Positions 24,988 to 38,625 of a stretch of 64,000 nt of DNA are shown here, piece after piece. The notes beneath the pieces were generated by a model that searched no databases, was not told the DNA's origin, and worked only from the letters and a program-made list of their open reading frames with translations. This stretch comes from Perna viridis. Lineage: Eukaryota. Position 1 is the stretch's first letter; each line of letters opens with the position of its first letter. Location of the stretch: contig CM074519.1 of the NCBI GenBank assembly GCA_037379345.1, forward strand, positions 19,246,103 through 19,310,102. The letters run 5' to 3'. The position numbers and the translations under genes were made by a program.

Positions 24988-25129
24988 CTATAAAAATCAA
25001 ATCACGTACAATAATGATATAAACAGATCATAGGACAGTTCAATGTGAAACGGGATATGCTGGGAGGAAATTCAGATAATGATAATGTAACTGTCTAGAT
25101 AACTTCGTCAGTCTAATTCTCGTGTATTA

Positions 25130-26910
25130 AAGATTCAAACACTGAAAAGATGCTATAATGATACCAATTCTAAATAGAAGAAAGAACAAGTCTAAATCCC
25201 CTAGTTATCCTCCTTAGCCTAACAAGCAGTTGCTGCAAATTAATGGAACGTATAATCAACAAGCGCATGCAAATCTACGTAGAGTCAGAAAAGATCATTG
25301 GACACAAACAAGTGGGTTTTAGACCATAAAAAAGTACAGAAGACCAGGCAACTCATCTATCACAGATTATTTAAGAAGCAAAAAATCAACACTTGTTGCT
25401 TTCAAAGATCTACAAAAAACCTTTGATAAAATATGTAAAGATGGAATCCTAGTAAAGTTGCTAAGATCTGGAATCAGTAGAAGAATGTATAAAAGGAGCA
25501 AATCGTACTTAAACAACAGAAAAAGCCAGAGTTTCGATTGGTATTTTGAAAGATAGTCCTTCTCAGGACAAGGGATTCTACAGGGAGGAGTACTCCCTCT
25601 GCCTTATTTATCCTCTATATGAACGATCTTGTTCCAGAGTGCCACAAGATGTACATGTAGCCCTTTACGCATACAATATTGTTCTCTGGTGATAGAGGAA
25701 TATACTACTACAGCAAAGTACAGAATACAGAATAACTGCTTTAGAAAGATAATGACATGGGCTCAGCAATGGTGTGTTACAATGAACAGAGAAAACATAT
25801 CTGCAACTTTAATCACTATATCCAAGACAAAACAGCATGTACAGCTTAAACTGGGTAGCACGCCAATTGAAATTCAAGACAAAAAACACATGGTGTTACC
25901 TTGGACAAAATAATGACATGGAAGCAGTATATAACACAAGTGGAAGAACAGGCAAGAAGGAAAGTAAGAATCATGAAGAAATAGGTAGGGACAAATTGGG
26001 GTGCAAATAAAAAAATCTTGAAATCAGCTTACCGGGGGAATGTTTGCCCACATCTCGAATATGAATGTATCTCATGAATGTTGGCAGCCAAAACCCACCT
26101 CCAGACCTTGGACAATGTTAGGACCAGGCATTACGAATCATCACAGGCGTCATAAAGTCAACCCCTTTGTAGAGTATGGAGGAGATAAAAAACATAATTT
26201 CGCAAAGTAAGAGAAGGGAGTGCAAATCAATGATACAAGTCACAAAGTATCAGAGCACTGAAGATCATCCAATGAATACTAGAGAGAACACCGAGATAAA
26301 TAAGTCAAACCCGTAACTTAACTTTCTCCATAAATGACTACCCTTCTTCAGATAAATTGAGAAATGTCAGCATCAAGACATCAGCACCAAACATCATGTC
26401 AAAAGAATATACTGACATTCTTCCAAAATATGGTGGCAGACAATAATAGGAGGGAAAATCCAGTCTGTCTTGCAGAGATAAAAATCATTACCAAATCTCT
26501 GTACTGTAAACCAAAAACAACAAGACAGTTACCACCATCTATCATGGCCTGAAACATTAAGACAGTTACCACCATCTGTCATGACCTGAAACAACAAGAA
26601 AGTTACCACCAACTGTCGAGACCTGAACAAATTGTCATCTACAGTCTGATGACAGGATACAATAGACTAAATTAACATCTGAACAGAATGATGAAAATAG
26701 TACATCCCCAATGTCTCCCTGGTGAGGCAGAATAAGATACAACACACACATTCTACAAATATGCAAGAACCATCAGGCATTGAGACACCAGATATGGCCA
26801 CTATCAACAACTATCTAGGAAATGCAATTTTGATGCACTGGATGACTAACAGAAGACCACCAGATTTTTAGACGAAGCAGAAATCCAAGTGTATAAGCGA
26901 ACAAAAAGAA
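25130..26910 (+). mobile_element. Decayed, 5'-truncated I-group (Nimb/Ingi-like) non-LTR retrotransposon, antisense in the last intron
   Basis: Manual translation across frameshifts gives SLTSSCCKLMERIINKRM, GFRP.KSTEDQ, QGILQGGVL..LFILYMNDL, GTNWGANKKILK, QALRIITGVIKSTP, a C-terminal TGYNRLN.HL...HILQICK zinc-knuckle remnant, and an A-rich tail AAGCGAACAAAAAGAA. Confidence 0.8.
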
Positions 26911-26930
26911 ATTTAAGAAAACATTCTAAC

Positions 26931-27443
26931 CTGTCACTCTTGGTCTCCTGTTGTCTATGTTAATGATTTCGTTGATGCTTGAACTCTCTATTTTACCAAT
27001 GTTATCCGCTTTTACCTCAAACGAGTATTGAACTGTGACAGGATCTTTTATATATTGTGTCCGTACAAAGTTTTTTCTCTGCAAGCATGTCCAGGTCATC
27101 CACCTTCCATATTTAGACTTCATTCGAAAATTGTAGTTGTATATTCCCGATGCGTCATTAAAGTTGTTCCAATATACAGTAACGGCCTGGTTGACGCAGT
27201 TGACACATTTGTTTGCTCTTTGTTCAGGTATGACATTCAATTTCGGGTTAGATGTAAATGGTGTTTTGTAAGTCACAACTAAAGGTCCTATATGTGTAAA
27301 CCCTGATAGTTGTACAGTGTTAACGCATCGAACAGTTATATACACCTTACTACCATGTGCTAGAGAAAGAGGATCTGACTCTAGATGTGTCAAACTTCTT
27401 GTCTTAGTCATCCTTCTTGTGTCGCATATTTCCGGTGAAGTTC
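26931..27443 (-). CDS. Giant FN3/Ig-repeat gene exon
   Basis: Acceptor TTTTTACAG at 27445. Reads GTSPEICD...VYWNNFNDASGIYNY...RPRVTG. Donor GTTAGA. Confidence 0.8.
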
Positions 27444-28303
27444 CTGTAAAAAGAATAAATAACTGCTTGTAGTTGTTTTTAGTGATTCTAATGTAAAATG
27501 CACATTGTTTTTTTTTTCTTTTCGATGATATTTGATTGAATTTAACATGCCGACTTGTTCTGCGGCAACATAGTATTTCATCATGTTGAGTGTACAAAGT
27601 AAAAACGTTATCAATTCAATTGTTTAAATAAGAAAACAAATATTCTCTAATTAAAAGAAAAGAAAGACATACCATTGATTTTATAAAAAAAAAAATATAT
27701 CAAATTCGGGTTTCGAATGTATGCCTCTGTTATGGAGAGCATTTTCATTTTTTTAATAAGGCATCCGTTGCGTTAGTGCAATTAACTCCTGAAAATGTTC
27801 AATGATATTGAACATTCATATCATTAAGGAAATGAAAGAGTCCTTATGGTATTTATTCTTATATTTTTTCAGTTCTTTATCGAATTCGTCTATTCGGATT
27901 CAAATTGGACACAAAGCATATTGGAAAAATCAGATAACTCGCGAGTAATAAAAGAACGCCGTTGATCTAGTTTACATTACAAATTTGTATATCGTAAGTC
28001 GTTATCTACAATGTGATAAACAACAGGACGTCTTTAATAGTGTCTTCGCGTCTCTGTGGTTCCTATCAAGATTACGTGAAAAGTGATCGACCATATTTTA
28101 TCCTGGAGCGAAACATACTAGTAGTAAAATGTCATTTTTGTCACAACAGTATAGAAATGGTCACCTCGGCCAAAAAGAAATAGAAAAAAAGACATTACAT
28201 AATAATCTACTACATGTAGTTAATAAAGGTGACAATAACAGATCGTGAAGAAGACTGAAACATAAAGTGGAGGTTCTAACATCAACTTTTATCACTTACT
28301 CAC

Positions 28304-29575
28304 CGATACAATATTCACAAAGATTGACTTGAGTTTCCTTTTCAGTAACAGTCCAGTTAGCTAATATAACAGAAAGAGTATCATTTTGATTATGAGTTTT
28401 GTCGTACGTCAACAGAGTTGTGCTAACATTTATTACAGGAGGAGTCAAGTCAAAGATGAACGGAATTGATGTAAATGTAGTCGTCACTCCAGCACGGTTC
28501 TCTACATCAGCAGTTACGTAGACCGACATACCATGAGTAAAGTTCCCTTCTATGGCCTCATAGTGGTACAATGAAATAGGATGCATCCTTCGAATTTGGA
28601 CTCCACCAGGAGTACTACCAACACCTATAGAAACCTGTCGGATTCCACTTTCAAAGTCAATAATCTGAAGGTAAACTAATATTTTGCTTTGATCTATTTG
28701 TTGGGTCAATATTGCATCAGTATTTTTTGTTTCAATAAGAGTTTCGGTGCATTTCAGTGTTTCCATATAAATCAATGAATTGATTTCAACCCCGGTAATA
28801 TCGACCGAAACGATTCTGTTTTCACTTTCATGTACGAAATAAACAAACTCAGAAACAGATATTCCGTCATCATGGAACTTAAAGGGCAACATCACAGTTA
28901 AACTACCGCCAGTTAAATACGCTATGAAAGAAAAATGAATTGGCTTTACACTCACAGACACTTTCAGCATATCATTAGTTTCTTACGATACATTTTGAAA
29001 CATTTTTACTGAAGTCATTTTGAAATTTGGAAGAAACGTTTGTTCGATTGGAACAAACCTGTTACATGCAAGTGACGACGCTGGCGTCTTATCCACAATC
29101 AGTGGCCGTGATGTCACAACACGACTCTCTAGGCCAGCAGCATCAACTGCTTTCAAGTGTGCAACTATAATGTCACTGTTAGAAAGATGGCCTTGATATT
29201 GGAAATTATTGGACAGACCAATGTCTATGAATTTAAGATGTTCACTCGTATTCTTGAAATGATTGTTTATTTCGGTCGCAATGAAATATGACTTAATAAA
29301 AGAGTGTTCATCATCAAAACCATGCCACGTGAAAACAATTGGTTCCATGCCGGAAATAAAAATCGTATCACCATGAAATTTAGTGTTAAATATAACACCC
29401 TCTGTTGGTGGCTGAACATCAATTAAAAATCCATCAGAACTAAAACCCGTCTGCAAACCAATCGAATTCACTGCTATCACGGTGGTATAATATCTTGTTC
29501 CAGGTTCAAACTTAATTTCAACCCATTCGATGTGACTCCTTAGTTCCACGTTGGTCATAGGGAAAACATCATCCA
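28304..29575 (-). CDS. Giant FN3/Ig-repeat gene exon with in-frame TAA at 28985-28983
   Basis: ORFs 28983..29603 and 28296..28970 are the same frame separated by one stop (QNVS*ETNDMLK). Acceptor at 29577 and donor GTGAGT at 28303. Confidence 0.8.
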
Positions 29576-29990
29576 CTACAGAGTTAAGATATATAGTCAT
29601 CAAATTACTGCATGATTTTTTTAATTAATTCTTTTATTATTTTATTGTTGTTTTTAACATAGTGGTAGTCACTGCCATTTTAGATTCTGATTATTTCTTC
29701 TTTATCTAATAAGCAGATTGGTTTCATAAAATTGCCCTTTTTCATTTGCTTATATCTGTTGAAGAAATTAGTTTTTACGACGATATTCATAGTAACGAAT
29801 ACTTTTGAATCATATTAAGAAGCTTTGAATTGGTATGCATAAATCGTGAACGAATCATTAAAAAGGTATCTTATACTGGTGTTACAACAAAAAACTTAAA
29901 CTTATATGCAATGAGTATTAAAAAAAGCAATGTACAAATGTTTCAATGGCATAGGTTGATTACCCTTTTTCAACTTTTCACTGCATTCGT

Positions 29991-31680
29991 AAAAGAGTAA
30001 TCAAGGGAACCAAGGTCATAGCAGTAATCAAAAGAATGCAATCCAGGGCACAACAAAGAACATAAAGTAACTAAAATCATACATACAAAGTGACAAAGAA
30101 AAACCTCGGAGCATGGACCAGGTGTACCGGTAGGGTAAGCGTCCTATGTTTTTCTAGAAACACACACCGAGTTGCTCATAAAAGTCAAGTCCATGGTAGA
30201 CGAAAGAGGAAATGAAATTAATGACACGTTGAACAAATCAATTCTAATGGCGCAGATGAATATACCGTATACTGTTCATGATGACGACCATGAAACTTCT
30301 GTAGTGATGACTTCAATCTTGTAGCAACATAACCCTGTTCTAGAAACCTATTTGTTAAAATTCTAGCGCGGTACAAAAAAGTCTGTGTAGTTTAGACAAT
30401 CTCTGGCATAACGTATGAGTTGAGAAATGAACACCCCATAGGCAGGTTCTGAAGGGATGTTGCCACAGACGAAAGGAAAGTTGACAATCCTGAATGAAAA
30501 ATCATCACGTTTGTCGTAAAATTTAGTCAATAGTTTTACTTTACCATCGATTTCTAAGTGTAGGTCAAGATATGAGGCTGACCTCACAGTGCCTGTAGTA
30601 TCCTTTATGTCAAGTTCTTAGGTGTAGATGCGATGTATTAAATCCCAAAAATTAGGATTGTTTTAAGATAATACGTCATCTATATAGCGGAAACTGTGAT
30701 TAAAGGATCTAGAGCTTAACGATATATGTTGTCGATTAAAATTCCAGCATTTTGTAAACAACTTCTTCTGTATATTTGGAAGATGATTTGGAATTATTTT
30801 TACAAAGTATGAGGAATCTCTTTCAAGAAATATATATATATATGTATCTAGGTGTACCATCTTTCTTGGAAAAACAACGATGTATAATGTGTTTAAGTCA
30901 GGATTTTAACTGAGTATGGGGAATAGAAGTATACAGTGTTGAATAACCATAGGTTTTTAATGCTGTTATATTCTGATAATAGTCTTGAACTGATTTTCTC
31001 CGAAAGATTTTTCGATTTTTTTAGGATTCACATTGAATTAATACCACGACGGGAGTAACAAGTGATGTGGTAGGACTGCAGACCATCTTTGACAGCTGTG
31101 AATATAGAAGTTCAAAGTTTTCAAAGAGGTTTGGTGGTACAATTTGCAGATGCATCTATGTAACGTTGTTTGTATGGATTCTTGTGGAATTTAAGAATCC
31201 AGTGCATAGACGGTAAATCACAATCATCGTCCTTGGTAGAGAGACCAGAAGAGGATAACACAGATTTATGGTTTTCCACAACCTCTTCTTTGAAGAGTGT
31301 GTTAGCAGGATAGGTTTTATTAGTGCATAATTTTCTACGTCTACCTCTGATAATAAACATTGGATGTAAAACGTTTTGCAGGCAAAAACAATATTGTTTT
31401 GGGCTTTTTCTGCTGGTACGACAACATATTTGTCATGTATAGTAGACAATGTTTCTGCTACATCGGGGTCTTTGAAAACTGATGTAGCATTGTCACTCAT
31501 TGACCTACTTAAAACTTTCATACGTTTTAAAAATTAAAGACCTCACGGCCTTCTACTCTGACAGAGAATCAATGTCTTCTCAATAAGAACTTTAAAGTTA
31601 TAATTCCAATTTATGGAGCGTGGTTCATGGTACTTCGGACCTTTAGAAAGGATATAACGTAGAGATTCGTAAACAATTGT
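29991..31680 (-). mobile_element. Penelope-like (Naiad-type) retroelement, decayed RT ORF plus 3' end
   Basis: Remnants KGPKYHEP, KYVVVPAEKAQNNIVFACK, LPSMHWILKFHKNPYKQRYI, FRYIDDVLS, SASYLDLHLEIDG..LTKFYDKRDDFSFRIVNFP..GNIP. No endonuclease follows RT, consistent with the permuted N-terminal-EN Naiad architecture. The clade call is from recalled motifs. Confidence 0.78.
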
Positions 31681-31761
31681 GATTTTTAAACAACATTTGA
31701 AAATACGATCGCTATTCTATATTTAGTCGTGCATGCATGTTTGTTTTAACTTTTAAAATAC

Positions 31762-33364
31762 CTCCGGGAGATGTGCCTAGTGATACCATGTATTCTTCTA
31801 TGCCACTTTCATCGTCGGTAAATACACCCTCCCAACAGCCAAAAATAGATGTGTTAATTCTAATGAAATCAACGTCATATTCACACGGGTTAGTTGAATC
31901 CTTAATGTAACGTCGCTTATGTAGAACAGAAGGAGTATGGTCTACAACTATTGGATTTGATGTTGCTGTAAGGTAAGTTTCCGATGATATCCAGGCACGG
32001 ATAAAAGCAACATAATGTGATCCATGACTGAGTTCGCCATTTTGTAAACAGTAGAAAACATTCTGTCTTTTACCCACGTCATGCCAAGGATTTTCAATAC
32101 TTGTGTTGTATATCCCCTCTCCAACTACAGAACCATGTTTTATTATTCCAAAGCTGTACTCAAACCTATGTATTGGATACGACTTCGGTAGATAGGTCCA
32201 ATTAGCTTTGAGACAGAGAGAGGAACCTGTTGTTCCCTTATCAGTAGTATTCATCGAAATGTTGATATCTATTGATGCATTTTGTGGATGGTTGTATGTT
32301 TTCAGTTTGCAAGTATCATTTGATCGAACAATGCATCTTTTGCCGGCGATTCCACATGTACAATCACACAATGAACACATTTCATTGCAAAAATGCATTT
32401 TGCATGAATGACTTTGAATGATGAGAAATCCTGTAGTTCTATTCTCATTAGTAGATACCATGTCTACTGTCACTTTTGACCCGGGGGTTGCAAGTCCTGC
32501 ATTGTTTTTCGCCCAAATAGTTAGTATGAAACTGTCGGGGAGATTTGTCTTAGTATAGTTATTTTTAATGTCTGGATATTGTCAGTGATATTTGGTTGAA
32601 CGAATTGGTTTTCCAGAATATTCGTTGTGCTATAACTTGTGCCTATCGATAAAAAGTACGCACTTATTTCAGTCTGGACATCAACAAAACCATACCAAGA
32701 AATCAACAGTGTAGTTACATCACTTGTGGACTCGTAATGCATAGAAGGTTTAAATCCACCAACTTGTGGAGGTGAAGAATCCACGAGGAATGCAGCACTA
32801 TAGGATGTAGAACATAACGATGCAGCATTACATGCAGTTATCTTTATTATATACAAGTCGCCTTGGCGCAGCGATTCATTTCTTGAAAGACGGAAAGCGT
32901 ATTTATTAATGCCTGGAAGAACAACATCCTTAATAGGAATGTGGGAACCAAACGTACTTGTCAGTGAAATTGAAGTTCTCACAATAGGGCTTTCTTGATC
33001 TTTAAATTTCCAAACCACTTTTACAAACGACGGATCGGAAATTATCGTGATGTTTTTGAAATTGACCATGTGCAGATTGTTAATGTATGGTTTAGATACT
33101 TCAAAGGGAGCTGTATTATCTATGTAGAAAACGTCGGAAGATCTACTTGTACACATTTCAACTTTGTTACATGCAGTTACTGTAACAAAATGGTTCACTC
33201 CAACTGTCATATTTAAAAGCGTTTTCATGGTTGACGACCTCAGGTGCACGTTTTCTGGACCCATGACGTCACATAAGTATTTTGATGTTCCACAACAAAC
33301 TTCAAAATGATCAAGACTAGAATGGGGATCATGGAATCCAATCCACGCTACGTGAACTGTATTT
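31762..33364 (-). CDS. Giant FN3/Ig-repeat gene exon with frameshift near 32537
   Basis: Acceptor at 33366. Reads RNTVHVAWIGFHDPHSSLDHFEVCCG, then ORF 32521..33264, a frame change to DSFILTIWAKNNAGL, then ORF 31712..32473. Donor at 31761. Confidence 0.8.
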
Positions 33365-33941
33365 CTGCAAAATACATGTGCATGTATAAAAAAAACAATT
33401 TTTTGGCGGATTGAATTTTACTAATAGTTCGATACTTCATTCTAGAAAGTGATATGTAGTTGTTTTGTATTATTTTTAACTTCAGAGATGGAGTTATAAT
33501 ACTCAATAAAAAAATATGAAGTAAGATTGCATTGTCATCCTTATTCGTCAACTACATAACAATCGCTGTTGCCTGCGTCTTTGAACTTAAATGCGACTAA
33601 ACTACACTAAACCTTACTGAGCAAATTTTAAAACCTATTCAGACATTCTTGAGCCAGGAAACCAAACCACGTTTCCTTTTATTCTTCAGCATATATTATG
33701 ATTCTATAAAACAATGGATGCACCACAAACATAACCAATGGTTATGGGTCTATCTCGTAATTAATGTAATGTAAGTAATAAAATTCATTGTCAGTTGACA
33801 AATTTCATACCAGGAGAATAAAAACAAGCTTCTTTAAACTTTAAAGATTTTTTGATAATAGATAGCAGTTCTAGTAAAGTTGTATCGTTAATTCTTTATT
33901 ATCTGCTACAGAAATATTGTAAATTGAAAATATTTGTATAC

Positions 33942-36775
33942 CTATTTGATTGATATCTGACATGTTTCCCAGAATCACCAACGACAACCAATCCAGGAAC
34001 AGGTGGTGACGTATCTATTACAACACCATTGGATAAAGCTGTGCTACACAGATCTGCTACGTTACACGCCATTACGGTTGAGTAGTATTTTACACCTTGC
34101 ACAAAGTTTTGCTGCCACTTGGTCGCTAAAATAGAGATTTGGAAATAATGTTCACATATGATATATCGAAATTTACTACATATGAAACATGCATTAGTTC
34201 AATCATATATACATGATAATCTCAACATATTTTGGTATTCAAAAATCTGTGTAAGTGTTTTATCAAAAAGAACATGTATTACACATACACTTACCAGTTT
34301 TTAGTCCGACATTAGTAAAGTGTACGATATCGTCGTCACCAGGGGATGTTCCAACAGCTACCATATAGTAAGCGAGAGGAGAGTGTGAATCATCAAATCC
34401 GTACCAGCTAATGCAAATTGATTGTGTATCTGTTTGGTAATCTATGTCTTTCTACGATAAAAACGTTTGTATCACTTTTCAGGGTAGTAGATCTTGGGTA
34501 AGGGAGGTAATCCTAATTGAAAGGATCTGCACGGTGAATGTTCTTCAAAAATTGACATGTAATCGCCATTTAGTGTAATATTATGTACAAATTGAAAGAA
34601 AAATTGAATTATGGGGAAATTTTGGGGATACCCCATGTCTACTACCTTAAACGTACAAATTAAAAGTGCGAGAGAGAGGGATAGGTGACTTAATCTTCAT
34701 TTCGAGTTTTGTTTTTATTTTAAACTGGATATAGAAATGGAATCAGAGGAGAGAAAGTTCTTAAACGCATATCATCATACAATATGTAACAGATTTTGAC
34801 GTATAAGGAATGTCTTGTTTAACAAATACACTAATGGTGAGAGTCATATGGCAACGCATTTGACCCCTATAAAAGAAATGTTGGCTGCAATTAAATCAGG
34901 TAATAACAAGATTACCATACTCATAATCATATATAAAAGGGAAATATTTGAAATATTTCAGTGGCAGAGAATAAACCGGAAAAACGAAATTTGCCGCAAT
35001 GTCCCTGACTTTGTGTAGACATTTCGAAGTAAAACATTGGATCAAAATAGGTTTAGTAGCTAGACAAATGTCTCGTTTCGTAGTGACCATTCGATTTCCA
35101 GTGTAGGTTTTTGATGTTCACGTAAAAGTAAAATATTGTAAAACAATAGTCATTGTTAGACTAAACATATGCTGGTTCAGTTGTTAAGGAAAAATCAGCA
35201 AATCTGAATAATTTATACGATAAGATTGGTACTAAGTACGCTTCATTCTCTTTAATTCACTTACACTGACCATGGTTATGTTATTACCAGGTCTGACCTC
35301 CATGACATGACCTTTATTTGGCGGTGAAATGTCTAAGATGAAAGGTGTGGACATTATGTATGATTGCAAACCTGCTCCATTAGTGGCCTGTAAGAGCAAA
35401 AAAAGTTACGATACTGTGGAATTATAACAAGTAGTAGTTTACTAATAGTCAAATAGTACTCAAAGAGCAGAAGATTTGAAACAACAGCAATGGTGCTGAC
35501 TTGGTACAGGCATTTCTGAAGGCTCTGGTGGGTTACACAAGGTTTCAAAGTGTGAGTAACCTCCCTCTTCAACTTCAACAAAATTTTTCCCTTTGTCAAG
35601 ATTTACAAACAGTGATAAATGTTGTGTGGGAGACACTGCCATACTGACTACATGCTACTTGTTTAGCAGCTTTCGTATTTTTTGTCTATTATTACAACGT
35701 ATAATATGTGGAATAGTAACTTAAAGGCCAGATATCTAACAAGAAGGAACATTATATAAACTCATACCCTCAAAATCGCAAAATATGCGTGTCCATCATG
35801 AGTTATTCCTTCGCTACTTATTTCCGCAAAATCAACAAATTTGTTGAACGGTACGACATCATCGGAGTTGTTTTGTGATCCAAGTCCTATCTCAATCGAT
35901 CTGATCCCACTTTCCTTATCTTCTACCCCAAACCATAATACGGATATTGTTTTCGTTCCAACGTATCCATGCACGTTCGTTTGAACTTTAACTGTTCCAC
36001 GTAGTGGGGGAGTTGGGTCGAATATCACATGATCAGAGTAGGAATCGACAGTACGGTTCAGGATATTAAAGGCTGTTGAAATATAAATTAAACTTTTGAC
36101 GTGGCTTGGTTAACTGTACATATGTAAATTAAACAAATAAAATAGGCCACATCTAAAAGAAACGAATGAACCTAAATGCAAATCAAATACAAGTAGAACA
36201 TGATAAAGGAAAAGGACACCTAAACAGCCGAACTTTTTTTTTGTTTTTGTTTTTGTTTTTGTTTGATCACAATAAAATAATCTTATCAGAAGAGTTTATA
36301 TTTTACAAGTTAATAACAGGTGTATGTAGACATGTATTTTCTTGTTTTGGACTTACTGCATTTAAAAGCAAAAACACTAACTAGTGAAGCGCAGACTTAA
36401 TATTTTTCTGTATACAGTTACAGAAACGTAGATGAAAAATGTATATCTAGTTGAANNNNNNNNNNNNNNNNNNNNNNNNNNNNNNNNNNNNNNNNNNNNN
36501 NNNNNNNNNNNNNNNNNNNNNNNNNNNNNNNNNNNNNNNNNNNNNNNNNNNNNNNNNNNNNNNNNNNNNNNNNNNNNNNNNNNNNNNNNNNNNNNNNTAA
36601 TTCGGAGACTAAGACTAGATATGGAAAAGCTTATCAATTTAAATCAATAAGGCAATACCTCTTACTGTTGCAAAATAGGTTTGTCCGGGTATAAGATTGA
36701 GACCCCAAACTGTAACAGAGTTGGACAATCCGGCTGTTGTAAACGGCAAAACATCATCTGATCCAATACTAGTTC
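33942..36775 (-). CDS. Giant FN3/Ig-repeat gene, five small exons (36775-36659, 36072-35768, 35387-35265, 34451-34295, 34125-33942)
   Basis: All are GT-AG and phase-consistent. They encode GTSIGSDDVLPFT, IFDPTPPLRG, ATNGAGL, KDIDYQ..CISWYGFDDSHS..VAVGTSPGDDDIVHF and VIDTSPPVPG. Confidence 0.8.
36456..36597. other. Assembly gap (142 N)
   Basis: Run of N in an intron. The flanking exons join in phase without needing a hidden exon. Confidence 0.99.
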
Positions 36776-37185
36776 CTATTATGAGACAATTGATTCTTAA
36801 CATATTTGGTGTAGATCTAACTAGTACAATGTTATTTTAATATTTTAAAGTGATGTTAAAGTTAAATAGCAATTCAAAATGTAGCATTGGTCAAATTGGC
36901 ATTTTGGTACCATTGCAGCATACTCTGACAGCATAGACATTATCATTACGTACAAAAACATAAATATTGAAAACAAGCGCTGTACTAAAATGTTAGATAC
37001 CTAATTTATAAATTACCCGACAGATATTCCAAAAGAGTAACATTTAGTTATTGTAAGAATTTAGATAAGTTTACTATTTGCTATTTTTCCTACTACATGT
37101 ATCTAAATTATGTTGGTTTTATAATTGTCAGTTTTATGATGTTTAATGCAATAAATAATAACCAATTCATAACCGTTTTACTTAC

Positions 37186-37849
37186 CAACAGCATATCTAT
37201 AACCTTCAATGTCGGACATGTAGCCCAGTTTCTTTGCATTTGTGTTACCCATAAACCCAGTCCATCGAATTGTTAGTTTTGTACAGTCTATGACGTATCC
37301 ATTATATGTTTCAACAAATACAATACCTCCTGTTGGAGCACTATTATCAACAAGAAAACCATTGCTGCAAAGTTGAAATGCCGAGGATTCGGCGCAAATG
37401 TAAAAGATCTGGTTATTCTTCATTTGCTGATAGTTGAAATCTATTAACCCACCAACAGTTTTCTTCGTTAATAAACAGAAACTGTCGTATGAACACGCTA
37501 ATCTAGGAAAGTTACGTTTCGTCATTAGGTACCATGTTATTCCATTGTAATATCGTCCCAAAATCAATCCTCCAATCTTTACGTTTCTATCAGCAAAGTC
37601 CATCTCAGCATTGTGAATCTGTACCATTTTAGATCCAATGTTTGTACTTTGGTAGTATAAATACACGTCTTTTGAAAAGGGATCATTAAGATTCAAATCA
37701 TATATAAACTCTTTTGAGAATTCATTTGGATCACTGATGATTTTGATTGGTGAACACTGACTTGGTTTAATCCCGGTCGTACAAATCGGAATTACACAAC
37801 TGTACGTAGTCTTATAAGGAAATGACATGCTATCAAACCAGGTGTCATC
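37186..37849 (-). CDS. Giant FN3/Ig-repeat gene exon
   Basis: Acceptor TTTTGTTTAG at 37851. Reads DDTWFDSMSF...SNGFLVDNSAPTGG...YRYAVG. Donor GTAAGT. Confidence 0.8.
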
Positions 37850-38625
37850 CTAAACAAAAGGTTTAACAATTCTTTTAACATTATACCTGTGTTTGACATT
37901 TCTATTCAAGTACCAGTCCATTAACAATTCAGACACTCCAAACGGTAAAGTAATTCGTTATGCAGAAATGAAACCCACCAAACCAATGGTGCCTTTTTCA
38001 ATCTACATATGCTATATTTTTACATAAAAACAATCATTTCTGTATTCAGATTTGTATTTTTGAGAAAATCATGCATTCATCTCTTACCAAAATCCACCAA
38101 ATCAAACAAAATCAAGAACGATAACTCTTGCAAACGGCCAAATAATCCATACAATTTTTTTTTAAGTGCAAGAACCTAATGATCAACTAAGACTGAATAT
38201 ATGATTAGTAACTGTTTTACATGCATGTATCACCTTCTGCCTGATTGTTATAAAGACTGCTAATGAATCAATGTTGACATAAATATTTACTTATTGAGAA
38301 AAAGAAGAACAAAAGAAAATTTATTTAAAGCTTTTTTTCATTTCATGCAAGATCAACAGGAGAGGCGACAAAATTCCAAAAAAATATATCACTTTTTTAT
38401 GAAATTAATGGAGAAAAGCACACTAAACATAACCCATAGAAAAGTTTGATTAATTAAACAAGTCGAACTGCTTTGACTTAGATGCATGTTCTAGCTTTCT
38501 CAAAATTTCCTAAATGCACACATCCAATAATCTGAAGACTAGATTCCACATCAAATCAGAAGCTTGAATCATTTCAGTCTTTTGCTATTTGTATTTTTAT
38601 ACAAATACTTGTTGTTAATTCTTAC

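Noticed and set aside
26515-26628. 37-bp repeats resembling a CRISPR array
   Set aside because: The units are directly adjacent with no spacers, lie inside a LINE in eukaryotic DNA, and there are no cas genes.
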